A stretch of DNA of 64,000 nucleotides, taken from positions 4,000,001 through 4,064,000 of the forward strand of contig OZ245365.1 of the NCBI GenBank assembly GCA_965226495.1. The letters run 5' to 3'. This DNA comes from Candidatus Marinacidobacterales bacterium (GTDB lineage: Bacteria > Acidobacteriota > Vicinamibacteria > Marinacidobacterales > DATDRI01). The translations under genes and the position numbers were made by a program. The notes beneath the pieces were generated by a model. The model made no database searches. It was not told where the DNA came from and saw only the letters and a program-made list of their open reading frames with translations. Position 1 is the first letter of the stretch. Each line of letters begins with the position of its first letter. Shown in pieces: positions 1 through 8,935 of the stretch.

Positions 1-196
1 AATCGATCTTGCCGATCGGCGCGGTCGGATCGTGACCCCATAGGAGCACCGGGTTGCGCTGTATCTCTTTTAGATCCCACCCGAGGACTCGATCACCCAC
101 GCGATCGAGTTCGTGATTGCTGGCAACGGCTTCGAAACTGCCCGGTGTTATCTCTTTCGCCGGGGCGGCGGTTGCCATTTTGTTAAACTTTTCCAT
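1..196 (-). CDS. HK97-family phage prohead protease, N-terminal part (runs off window)
   Basis: Manual translation MEKFNKMATAAPAKEITPGSFEAVASNHELDRVGDRVLGWDLKEIQRNPVLLWGHDPTAPIGKID; DRxGD..GW.L..NPVLLWGHD..PIGK motif; GAAAGGA RBS upstream. Confidence 0.8.
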   Translation of the reverse strand, partial: MEKFNKMATAAPAKEITPGSFEAVASNHELDRVGDRVLGWDLKEIQRNPVLLWGHDPTAPIGKID

Positions 197-425
197 TTTC
201 TACATTCCTTTCGGGTGGGCTTTCGAGGGCATACAAATCTTCGAGATTGCACACTTCTATGATGTCCTTACAAATTAGTCTTAATAGTTCTTCTATAGCG
301 ATCGTTCGCTCTTGTTTGGATAGTGTCGCAACCCAAGCGACGAATTTTTGACCGTCCGGTGTATCCAGAGCTTCTTCTATAACCGGGATGATGATTTCTT
401 TCAGTTCTTGTTCTTGATTCGACAT
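183..425 (-). CDS. Hypothetical protein (phage element)
   Basis: 80-aa ATG ORF overlapping the protease start, co-oriented. Confidence 0.55.
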   Translation of the reverse strand: MSNQEQELKEIIIPVIEEALDTPDGQKFVAWVATLSKQERTIAIEELLRLICKDIIEVCNLEDLYALESPPERNVENGKV

Positions 426-426
426 T

Positions 427-558
427 TCAGATCACCGCCGCCCGCGCCGCGAGTTCTTTTTCTCTGGCTTCGATGTTATCGATGCGGGTTTCGAGATCCG
501 CGAGACGCTCGTTAAAGATTGCTAATAGCTCCGCGGTTGCTTCGATCTGTTCTTTCAA
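427..558 (-). CDS. Small coiled-coil hypothetical protein (may be a frameshifted continuation of 555-749)
   Basis: TTG ORF LKEQIEATAELLAIFNERLADLETRIDNIEAREKELAARAAVI fills the gap between neighbours. Confidence 0.35.
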   Translation of the reverse strand: MKEQIEATAELLAIFNERLADLETRIDNIEAREKELAARAAVI

Positions 559-749
559 CGTCGCCCCCGTTGGTGATGCTTCCCGGTCCGGCGCTCACGG
601 GACGGGCGGGTCTTACCCCCATCGGGGTATACGATCTCGTAACCTGGCGGAATCCCTCCGAGAACATCGACGCCGGCTTCGATTTGCCGCCCACGAGGGG
701 CTGGGCGGGGCTCTGTGGCTGTTTCTCTTTCTTCTTCAAATAAGATCAC
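555..749 (-). CDS. Hypothetical protein (phage element)
   Basis: 64-aa ORF with 4-bp overlap to the upstream ORF. Confidence 0.4.
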   Translation of the reverse strand: MILFEEERETATEPRPAPRGRQIEAGVDVLGGIPPGYEIVYPDGGKTRPSRERRTGKHHQRGRR

Positions 750-970
750 CTCTTATCCCCCCATTTGTTCCCAGTGATCGCTACTTGGTGACATTCGTAA
801 CAGACGCGGTAGGCTTTCCCCTCCGCGTCGGTAACGTCGTAATAGTTCCGGGCATCCCCGCATCGGAACATCGAGATCAGTTTGCGGTCCGGCGTGAAAC
901 GCCCTTGGCTACACTTCCAGCAATCGAACCCCGCGGGGTGTTGACAGAGTTGTTCCGGGTCGAAAATCAA
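746..970 (-). CDS. Small Cys-rich hypothetical protein, possibly Zn-binding
   Basis: CWKC and CYECH motifs; GGAAAGGAG RBS upstream. Confidence 0.5.
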   Translation of the reverse strand: MIFDPEQLCQHPAGFDCWKCSQGRFTPDRKLISMFRCGDARNYYDVTDAEGKAYRVCYECHQVAITGNKWGDKR

Positions 971-1377
971 ATTTTGCTCCTTTCCCTTGTTTTGCTTCTG
1001 TTTTTCTTCAGAACCGTTTCAGAACCCGAACGGTCGAGCATCTAACTTGTTGAATCGAAACCACATATAATTTTTGCCCGAGTTCTGTAGGGCAAATCGA
1101 AGGTAAAAGGGTGTATGGTGCCGGGCTCGCCAAGAGGGGCACCCCATCCGGGGTTTTTCGGCCCCTACCGCTGTTTATGCACCGATATCTAAGGTAATAC
1201 TTTAAATATATCTTATAAATCTACGTCACCAACGCCCAGCGGCCGGCGCGGCGGTGGGGCGGGGCGGGGGGCGGGACTTGGCGTCCGGACTTGGCTGGGT
1301 AGCTCTTACCCGCACCCACTTTCCCGCTTGGGGACTACCTCGCGGTGAGTCCGCGGGGTTAGCCCAGCCACCTACGC

Positions 1378-1610
1378 TGTCTACCCCTGGGGGCTATCTT
1401 GTAATGGGCTTGTCTACCGCGAGGGCTACCGTTTTTAGCGGTTGTCTACCTTGTCTACACTGTCACCGAGCACTTAGAGTAGTCTGATAATCATGTAGAT
1501 TTATAATTAGTCTCTACAACTCTTATCTATAGTAGACAGTGTAGACATCATAGACAGTCCTATAAATACTACCGATCCCTCGTAGACAGGGGGGCTACAA
1601 AGAGTAGACA
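1378..1610. repeat. Iteron array / putative replication origin
   Basis: TGTCTAC at 1378, 1411, 1443, 1452 facing inverted GTAGACA at 1532, 1541, 1582, 1604 around an AT-rich core, immediately downstream of the VapE gene. Confidence 0.7.
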
Positions 1611-1615
1611 GTGGT

Positions 1616-3160
1616 TCACTCGAACCGCCTCCACCCCGAAACCCGCTCCCCGCTGCCCGTTCGTATCTGTTTGACTCGGTGCCAACCGAGCCTGACCATA
1701 GCGTCTGAAATCCGCCTCGCGGCTTTCGGTTCCCGCTTCGAGATATCCGCGAGGCCAACGATCGTGTATAGCTCGTCGTTCGTAACTTTCCACCCCGGTT
1801 TATCAACCCGATGATTTCGGAACCCGTCCGTGAGCGCATACTGTTTCTCGGGTCGGCCGTCCCCATTCATAATCGCGGCGAGAATAGTTTCTTCCCAGGG
1901 GTCTACCTTGTGCCGTCGGTCTTGCTCGTCAGCCGATAGACCCCACAGTTTTTTGGGGAGCGCGATCGATTCCTCGCGTCGCGCATAAGCCTCCGCCCAC
2001 AGTTGATCTTTGTTCTTTTCTATCCAGTCGCGATCCATTTTCGTAACTCGAACGGGTGCCCATCTTCGGTTGCCGGTGGGGTCCGAGAGGTATGCCTCTT
2101 TGTTCGTGGTGCCCATGATCGTAAACATCCGAGGCCGGCGGGTAACTTCCCTGCCGTATGCTAACCGAGACGAGTCGACTTGACGCGAAAAGAAATTTTT
2201 AACGCGATCCGAGTCGCGATTGTTTCCGAATAGCTCCGCGCACTCCAACATGAGAACGCCAGCGGTTCTCTCGATGATAACTTTGCTGTCCGCTCCAAGG
2301 GGGAGATCATCCGAAAACCACGACGGCTTGGGGCAAAGTAACTTGAGCGCCGTTGACTTGAAACAACCCTGCGGGCCTTCGAGCACGACGAAGAGATCAA
2401 ACTTTTTTCCCGGCTCATAGACCCTTTGTACCGTCGCCATTAGTGGCAATCGCGAGTAAGCTTGATTTAGCTCAGTGTCGGAGGCCCCCCCGGCATCGAT
2501 CAACCAACGATCGATCCGTGATACCCCATCCCAGGTCGGCAACGCCTCGAACCACTCTTTGACAGGGTTAAACGTCTTATCCCTCGCGATCGAATCAACA
2601 AAGTCAAAAAAGTTTGATCGCTGCGGTAGGAACCCAAACTTATCGTCGACTGCAATGCGCAGCCCGGAGATCAAGCTATCGTCGAGAATCTTCGATCGCC
2701 CGTTTTGGTTTAGGATCTTTTCGGTTCGGAATTCATCATAGGAGAGTGAAACGCCCAACTTTTCGAGAGCCCTTCGGACGTTCTCTGGTTTGTTTGCTTC
2801 GATCTTGCCACTCGGACTTGTTATGAAACCTTTTATCGTGCCGCCGAAGAGTTCAAATAGTGCGATCGCGGTTTTCCGGTGTCCTCGTGTTGATTTTAGT
2901 TTCGAGAATCCTTCGATCGGTTCCCCTTCGGGGATCCTGTAAGTCGAGTCGAATTCCAAAACGCGATCCTTAACGTTAGGGTCGCCGGCGTCGTCTGCGG
3001 CAATCCGCATCGCGGCTTCCGCCATTTCGAAGGAGCATCCCAGTTCTCGAAGCGTCCCTGCGACCTTTAAAACCCATTCGTGACGCGAGCCGGGTTCCGG
3101 GTATGCAGACACAAGAATGGCTGCGATTTGGTTTTTATCTGGTTTTTTCTTCTCTTCCAT
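1616..3160 (-). CDS. VapE/VirE-family P-loop helicase with N-terminal PriCT-like domain
   Basis: Walker A EGPQGCFKST, GTTN..YLSDPTGNRRW, QLWAEA motifs; N-terminal GSRHEWVLKVAGTL; ATG 3160 with GAAAGAGG RBS (ORF open from 3226). Confidence 0.85.
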   Translation of the reverse strand: MEEKKKPDKNQIAAILVSAYPEPGSRHEWVLKVAGTLRELGCSFEMAEAAMRIAADDAGDPNVKDRVLEFDSTYRIPEGEPIEGFSKLKSTRGHRKTAIALFELFGGTIKGFITSPSGKIEANKPENVRRALEKLGVSLSYDEFRTEKILNQNGRSKILDDSLISGLRIAVDDKFGFLPQRSNFFDFVDSIARDKTFNPVKEWFEALPTWDGVSRIDRWLIDAGGASDTELNQAYSRLPLMATVQRVYEPGKKFDLFVVLEGPQGCFKSTALKLLCPKPSWFSDDLPLGADSKVIIERTAGVLMLECAELFGNNRDSDRVKNFFSRQVDSSRLAYGREVTRRPRMFTIMGTTNKEAYLSDPTGNRRWAPVRVTKMDRDWIEKNKDQLWAEAYARREESIALPKKLWGLSADEQDRRHKVDPWEETILAAIMNGDGRPEKQYALTDGFRNHRVDKPGWKVTNDELYTIVGLADISKREPKAARRISDAMVRLGWHRVKQIRTGSGERVSGWRRFE

Positions 3161-3329
3161 CAGTGTAGAACCTCTTTCGTTAAAAGTTAGTGCCGGAACG
3201 ACTTTCGGAAAAATCCGGGGGGGCATTGCAATGCCCCCACAGATCGAAAGAGGAACCGACGGATGTCACACGAGCGAAGAAAGGGATTTCTTGCCCTATA
3301 TACTAGTGATGTCTTTTGCCCAGAAGATT

Positions 3330-3596
3330 CTAGGCGGCGTTGGATTTTTTCTTCTGGTAGGCGCGGCGCTTCGAGGCTCTCATTTTCTCGGGGTTAGCTT
3401 GCCGCCACTCGCGGTTATGTTCCGGGTTAGCTTCCCGCCACGCGGCTTGGATAGCTTTCCGACGAGCTTTTTTTTTCGCTTCTTTTTCCCGCTCAGCCTT
3501 TTGTTCGGGGGTTTCGTTCGAGGCTCGCCCCTCCGCCTCACGAATGTTTGTATCCCACCAGGCATGGCGCTCCCCGAAGTGCCGCTGGCGGCTCAC
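3330..3596 (-). CDS. Small basic phage hypothetical protein
   Basis: 88 aa, WREANPE/WRQANPE repeat; start overlaps AlpA stop. Confidence 0.6.
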   Translation of the reverse strand: MSRQRHFGERHAWWDTNIREAEGRASNETPEQKAEREKEAKKKARRKAIQAAWREANPEHNREWRQANPEKMRASKRRAYQKKKSNAA

Positions 3597-3781
3597 GAAG
3601 CTACCGCCTGCGACGAAATCCAGGCGAGAATCTCAGATTCGAGCCAAGCTACGCGGGAAGTGCCGGCTATCTTTCGACGCTTCGGAGCGAGGCCCTTTTG
3701 TTCGAGAGTCCACCAGGTAGACCGGGAGACGGAGGTGAGGTATTTTCTCGCCGTCTCATCGATAAGCCGATCTTGTGGCAC
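3593..3781 (-). CDS. alpA: AlpA-family transcriptional regulator/excisionase
   Basis: SVSRSTWWTLEQKGLAPKRRKI...VAWLESEILAWI is the AlpA signature. Confidence 0.85.
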   Translation of the reverse strand: MPQDRLIDETARKYLTSVSRSTWWTLEQKGLAPKRRKIAGTSRVAWLESEILAWISSQAVAS

Positions 3782-4097
3782 TCTCCCCGCCTCCTTTCTT
3801 GGTGAATAGTTGGGCCGCGCATTTTCTTACCTTCTTTTTTATACTTTTAGCCGAGACCCGACGTCAAATTATTTATTCCAGATTTTTTGACAGGGTTCCC
3901 CGTTCGACTGTTGTTAAGATTGTTGTTTACGAGCGCGTCCGAGGCTGTCCGAGGCGGTTGGAGCGGCCGGCGGCCGCGACTGGCGGGGCTTTTCGCTGCA
4001 ATAGGTTAGGCGGATCAGTCGTAAACAATATAGAATGGAACCGGCCGGAAGCCAAAGAGGAGGCCGTCCTCCCGAATTTCCGTCCCGAGCACTGACC

Positions 4098-5030
4098 ATG
4101 AGGGATCTAATACCCGTTGGTGGGCCTACCGCGAGGTGGAGCCTTGCCCTGCTCGTCCTCGTCAGCACTGCTTGTTCCCTCAAGGCGAAAGCAGTCAACA
4201 CCCTATCCGAGGTGCTAGCCGAGTCAGAAGTGGTCTATCTCTCGGATGAGGATCCGGAGCTCGTCGCCGAGGCCCTGCCGTTCAATCTAAAGACGATTGA
4301 GACTCTTCTCCAGTCGAGCCCCGACCATCGAGGGCTGCTTCTTTCCGCAACCACCGGCTTCACTTTTTACGCCTACGGTTTCGTGGAGCCCGAGGCCGAT
4401 CGCGTCGAGGACGAGGACTTCAAGCGTGCGGAAGAGATCCGTCGTCGAGCCGCCAAACTCTACTGGCGCGCTTACCGTTACGGGATCCGTGGGTTAGAAG
4501 TGAACCACCCCGGCTTCGGGAACACCCTCTCGGTCGAGCCCGAAGAGACCGTCGCACCGCTCGAGGTGGACGATGTACCGCTGACGCTATGGACCGCCGC
4601 GGCACTCGGAGGCGTCATCGGGGTCTCCAAGGATGACCCAGAAGCCACAGCGGACATTGCAGTGGTCGGAGCGCTCCTCGAGCGATGCCTCGACCTGGAC
4701 CCGAGCTACGGTGAAGGGATTCTGTACGAATTGCTTGTGATTTATGAATCCCAGCGATTCGGGGGATCACCGGAGACGGCGCGCGAGTACTATCGCCGGG
4801 CGTTGGAGCTTTCCCATGAGACCCGTGCCTCCACGTGGTTGCTCTGGGCCGAGAACTTCTCGATCCCGGACCAGAATGTGGAGGAGTTCAAAGAGCTACT
4901 CGACAAAGTTGTCGCATTCGACGTCGACCAGTACCCCGAAGATCGACTCCTGAACATTCTCGCTCAGCGGCGCGCTCGATGGTTGATGGGACGCATCGAT
5001 GAGCTGTTTCTGGAAGGTGACACGCCGTGA
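4098..5030 (+). CDS. tatT: TRAP transporter TatT component (TPAT lipoprotein)
   Basis: Lipobox VSTAC; DEDPELVAEALPFNLKTIE motif; TPR-like helices; directly upstream of dctP. Confidence 0.85.
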   Translation: MRDLIPVGGPTARWSLALLVLVSTACSLKAKAVNTLSEVLAESEVVYLSDEDPELVAEALPFNLKTIETLLQSSPDHRGLLLSATTGFTFYAYGFVEPEADRVEDEDFKRAEEIRRRAAKLYWRAYRYGIRGLEVNHPGFGNTLSVEPEETVAPLEVDDVPLTLWTAAALGGVIGVSKDDPEATADIAVVGALLERCLDLDPSYGEGILYELLVIYESQRFGGSPETAREYYRRALELSHETRASTWLLWAENFSIPDQNVEEFKELLDKVVAFDVDQYPEDRLLNILAQRRARWLMGRIDELFLEGDTP

Positions 5031-6058
5031 CCAATCGATCGGTTTCGCGCCTGCTGTTCACGCTGCTGATCTTTCTCACCTTAGGCTTCCTATCGACCCT
5101 CGACGCGAAGGTCGTCATCCGCCTGGGAACCCTGGCGCCCAACGGCTCCGCCTGGCACAAGATCTTCAAACAAATGGGGGCCGATTGGCGGAACTCGACC
5201 GACGGGGAGCTCGTCCTTCGGATCTACGCCGGCGGCGTCGTAGGAGACGAAGGGGAAATGATTCGCAAGATGCGGATCGGCCAGCTCCAATGTGCCGCCA
5301 TCTCGAATTCTGGTGTCGCCGAAATCGATCCCGCCGCGTACGCCCTGATGCTTCCGATGATGTTCGATAGCTACGAGGAATGGGATTACGTGCGCCAAAA
5401 AGTGAATCCGGCCTTAGAGGCAAAACTCGAGGCAAAAGGATTCAAAGTGCTCGCCTGGTCCGATGTGGGTTGGGTCTACTTCTTTACAAAAGACCCCCTC
5501 CGGAGGCCCACCGACCTGCGAAAGATGAAGCTGGCCGCATCGGCAACCGAAGCCGCCACCGTCGAGATCATGAAGTGGGCCGGTTTCAATCCGGTACCGA
5601 TCTCCTCCGTGGATATGGCAAGCGGTCTGCAGACCGGTCTCATCAACGCGATCTATCTTCCCGTGATCTTGGCCGAAGGCTCGCAGTTCTACCGGCACGT
5701 TCGCAACATGACCGATATGAAGTGGGCTCCACTACAAGGAGCTCTCGTGATGCACGATCGCGGGTGGAAGAAACTGGATGCCGGTCAGCAAGCCACGATC
5801 ACCCGCATCGCGAGACAAGTGGGCACCGATCTTAGGAAAGACACGCGTCGCCAAGAACAATTATCTTTGGAAGCGATGAAGAAACGCGGGCTCGAGATGG
5901 TGTCGGTGAGCGATGAAGACGTCGCCGCTTGGCGACAAACAGTAGAGAAAGCCTATCCCAAAGTCCGCGAAAAGCTAGTCCCTCCGGAAATGTTCGATCG
6001 AGTCAAGAAGCTGCGCGATGAGTTCCGAGCGACGCAGGGGAAATCCAGCCAGCCCTAG
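5027..6058 (+). CDS. dctP: TRAP substrate-binding protein DctP/TatP
   Basis: Signal peptide, GTLAPNGSAW, YAGGVVGDEGEMIRKMRIGQL. Confidence 0.9.
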   Translation: MTNRSVSRLLFTLLIFLTLGFLSTLDAKVVIRLGTLAPNGSAWHKIFKQMGADWRNSTDGELVLRIYAGGVVGDEGEMIRKMRIGQLQCAAISNSGVAEIDPAAYALMLPMMFDSYEEWDYVRQKVNPALEAKLEAKGFKVLAWSDVGWVYFFTKDPLRRPTDLRKMKLAASATEAATVEIMKWAGFNPVPISSVDMASGLQTGLINAIYLPVILAEGSQFYRHVRNMTDMKWAPLQGALVMHDRGWKKLDAGQQATITRIARQVGTDLRKDTRRQEQLSLEAMKKRGLEMVSVSDEDVAAWRQTVEKAYPKVREKLVPPEMFDRVKKLRDEFRATQGKSSQP

Positions 6059-6076
6059 GATTCGAAACAACCCATT

Positions 6077-7876
6077 GTGAAAAAATTACATCTCATCGAG
6101 GACAGCCTCTCTGCCCTCGCTCTTCTCACGATGGCCGTTCTCCCTCTTCTGGAGATAGTGATCCGCAAATTCTACGCGAGTGGCATTCCTGGCTCCGCGA
6201 CTTGGGTACAGCACTTGGCGCTCTGGGTGGGTTTCCTGGGTGCGGCCATCGCGGCCCGCAAGGGAGAGCTGCTATCCCTCAGCACCGGCGGCACTTTCCT
6301 GAAAGGAAAGTGGAAGACCGCGGCCGAGGTCTTCACCGCGGGAGTCGGCGTTGCGGTGTGCGCCATCCTGGCCAGGGGAAGTCTCGAATTGGTTCTGGTG
6401 GAGCGGGAGGGTGGACGCGAGCTCGCGCTCGGCGTTCCGGTCTGGTTGGCCGAAGCCATCATGCCCATCGGCTTTACGGTCATCGGCCTCCGCATCCTCA
6501 AAAGAGTCCCGGGAGGTTGGCGGAACCGGCTCGTTGCCGCGAGCTTCATCCTCGTCCCGATTGTCTTAGGTTTGTTGGAGGATCTCCCCGGAAGCGGAAT
6601 TCTAGTCCCACTTCTTCTCGTTGTGATTCTGGCGACGGCGCTGGGCGCCCCCATCTTCGTGGGGCTAGGGGGCGTGGCAGCGGTACTCCTCTGGAACAAC
6701 TACGACCCCGTCTCAGCAATCGCCGTCGAGACCTACAATCTAGCGCTCAAACCTATCCTGCCCACCATCCCGCTTTTTACATTGGCCGGCTTCATCCTCG
6801 CGGAAGGAGGAACACCGCATCGGTTGGTGGAGCTCTTCCGAACTCTTTTCGGCTGGATGCCGGGTGGGGTCGCGGTGGTCGCGATCGTCGTGTGTGCGTT
6901 TTTCACCAGCTTCACCGGCGGGAGCGGGGTGACCATCCTGGCAATGGGCGGACTGCTGTACCCGATGCTGCTCGAAGACAAGTACCGCGAGAACTTCAGC
7001 GCCGGGCTTCTGACATCCGCTGGCTCCCTCGGACTCTTGTTTCCGCCGTCGCTGGCGGTCATTCTTTACGGGCTCGTTGCTCAGATCGAGATCCGGAAGC
7101 TATTCGTCAGCGGCTGGGTCCCGGCGACTCTGGAAATCGTCCTCGTCTCCGCCTTCGCACTCTTTTACAGCCGGCGCACCGGAATCACCAAAGTCTCATT
7201 TCACTGGCGCCAAGCTTGGGTCGCCATTTGGAAAGCGAAGTGGGAGATCGCGATTCCTATCCTCGTGCTGGGAAGCATCGCGGGAGGATTCGCCACGCTG
7301 GTAGAAGCATCGGCAATCACCGTGCTCTACGCCCTGTTGCTCGAGTTCTTCATCCACCGAGATCTGCAAATACGCCGCGACTTGGTGCGGGTGGTTGGAA
7401 ACGCCGCAACCCTCATCGGAGGAGTGCTCATCATCCTCGGGGTCGCCCTGGGCCTCACGAATTACCTGGTGATCGCCGAGATCCCGTTGCAAGCCGTCGA
7501 ATGGGTCCAGTCCTTCGTGGGCTCTCCCTTATTCTTTCTCCTTCTGTTGAACATCTTTCTCTTGATCGTCGGGTGCTTGATGGACATCTACTCGGCGATC
7601 GTCGTGGTGGTCCCCCTCATCACCCCGCTGGCCATTGTCTATGGAATCGATCCCTTTCACCTGGGAATCATCTTCCTCACCAACCTCGAGCTCGGCTACC
7701 TGACGCCGCCGGTTGGCATGAACCTCTTTCTCGCCTCCTACCGATTCAAACGACCACTGCCGGAGATCTATCGAGCCGCCCTTCCCTTCCTCGGAATTCG
7801 AGCCGTGGGGGTCCTTCTGGTGACCTACGTCCCGGCGCTGACCGCGTTTCTCCCCCGGCTCCTGGGGATGGATTAG
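6077..7876 (+). CDS. dctM: Fused TRAP permease DctQ-DctM
   Basis: Polytopic; TIPLFTLAG, GLLFPPS, ELGYLTPPVGMNLF motifs; N-terminal DctQ-like part. Confidence 0.9.
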   Translation: MKKLHLIEDSLSALALLTMAVLPLLEIVIRKFYASGIPGSATWVQHLALWVGFLGAAIAARKGELLSLSTGGTFLKGKWKTAAEVFTAGVGVAVCAILARGSLELVLVEREGGRELALGVPVWLAEAIMPIGFTVIGLRILKRVPGGWRNRLVAASFILVPIVLGLLEDLPGSGILVPLLLVVILATALGAPIFVGLGGVAAVLLWNNYDPVSAIAVETYNLALKPILPTIPLFTLAGFILAEGGTPHRLVELFRTLFGWMPGGVAVVAIVVCAFFTSFTGGSGVTILAMGGLLYPMLLEDKYRENFSAGLLTSAGSLGLLFPPSLAVILYGLVAQIEIRKLFVSGWVPATLEIVLVSAFALFYSRRTGITKVSFHWRQAWVAIWKAKWEIAIPILVLGSIAGGFATLVEASAITVLYALLLEFFIHRDLQIRRDLVRVVGNAATLIGGVLIILGVALGLTNYLVIAEIPLQAVEWVQSFVGSPLFFLLLLNIFLLIVGCLMDIYSAIVVVVPLITPLAIVYGIDPFHLGIIFLTNLELGYLTPPVGMNLFLASYRFKRPLPEIYRAALPFLGIRAVGVLLVTYVPALTAFLPRLLGMD

Positions 7877-7907
7877 CCGCTAAGACACACTCCAGCAAGC
7901 ATTTACG

Positions 7908-8064
7908 CTCTCCCAGCCCGCCTCCGCCGTTGGAACGCGATCTATGGCAACGGCTACGGCGTGGTCTCGCCGAAGCTATTAGCGAAGGCGGAAGGGAGAG
8001 GGATGAAGGAAAGAAGCCACTTTGCCCTCACCCTACCCTCTCCCAGAGGGAGAGGGATGAAGGA
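7908..8064. repeat. REP-like palindromes (CCCTCACCCTACCCTCTCCC..GGGAGAGGG), first copy with a nested repeat
   Basis: CTCTCCC/GGGAGAG stem 7908-8000 enclosing a GGCTACGGCG..CGCCGAAGC..GAAGGCGG unit; canonical copy 8025-8057. Confidence 0.75.
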
Positions 8065-8172
8065 AGGAAACCCAAATTAATACGGAACAAAAGAGGCCGG
8101 AATTACTTATATACCCCTGAAGGGAAAGAAAACCCTTTACTGACCCAGTGATCTGAAACGGAGGGACGATTC

Positions 8173-8907
8173 ATGACGGCTTCGCCTAGCACCGAATCGG
8201 GAGTAGGAAATGGAGCTTTGATTAACCTCGAAGGGGTGTCCAAGATCTTCTACACCGACGAGGTGGAAACGCACGCATTGTCGAGCGTTGTTTTGGACAT
8301 CAATAAGGGAGACTACGTCTCCATCGCTGGACCTTCGGGTTGCGGCAAATCAACGCTTTTGTCCATCCTCGGCCTTCTGGACTCACCCTCCACGGGTGCC
8401 TACACGCTGAATGGGCAGGAGGTGGCCAACCTGAACTTATCCGACCGGGCACGCATACGGAATCGGGAGGTCGGTTTCATCTTCCAAGCCTTCAATCTGA
8501 TCGGCGACCTGACGGTGTACGAGAACGTCGAGCTGCCGTTGACCTACCGGGGCACGCCCTCCTCGGAGCGCAAGAAGAAAGTGCAAGCGGCCCTCGAAAG
8601 AGTCGGAATGGCGCATCGAATGAAGCACTACCCTTCTCAGCTCTCCGGCGGCCAGCAACAGCGGGTAGCGGTAGCCCGTGCGGTCGTAGGAGACCCTTCG
8701 ATCGTATTGGCGGACGAGCCCACCGGGAACCTCGATTCTGCGAACGGCGAAGCGGTCATGGACCTGATGGCCGAGCTTCATCGCGGAGGCGCGACGATCT
8801 GCATCGTGACCCACGATCCCCGCTACGCGACCTACGCCGACCGGTCCATTAGTCTCTTCGACGGCCAGGTGGTCGAAGAGGAAAAGCTCGCGACAGCGAC
8901 CGCCTAG
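8173..8907 (+). CDS. MacB/LolD-type ABC transporter ATP-binding protein
   Basis: [33 protein letters not shown]. Confidence 0.95.
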   Translation: MTASPSTESGVGNGALINLEGVSKIFYTDEVETHALSSVVLDINKGDYVSIAGPSGCGKSTLLSILGLLDSPSTGAYTLNGQEVANLNLSDRARIRNREVGFIFQAFNLIGDLTVYENVELPLTYRGTPSSERKKKVQAALERVGMAHRMKHYPSQLSGGQQQRVAVARAVVGDPSIVLADEPTGNLDSANGEAVMDLMAELHRGGATICIVTHDPRYATYADRSISLFDGQVVEEEKLATATA

Positions 8908-8935
8908 GGCCCTAACGTTTCCAAAACCGAGCGCG

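Larger units (their letters stand above)
1..4030 (-). mobile_element. End of an integrated phage satellite (PICI/cf-PICI-like) or prophage
   Basis: Co-oriented minus-strand AlpA, VapE/VirE helicase, iteron origin, small ORFs and HK97-type prohead protease; more AT-rich than the flank; right boundary approximate. Confidence 0.75.

Noticed and set aside
1378-1610. CRISPR-like array
   Set aside because: Repeats are 7 bp, irregularly spaced and in both orientations; no cas genes
3900-4097. tRNA/tmRNA as integration site
   Set aside because: No T-loop GTTCRA in cloverleaf context and no CCA end
6202-8151. 649-aa alternative-frame ORF and similar long shadow ORFs (e.g. 43108-44067, 32396-33301, 40166-41404)
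   Set aside because: Overlap well-supported genes, Arg/Pro/Gly-rich, expected in high-GC DNA
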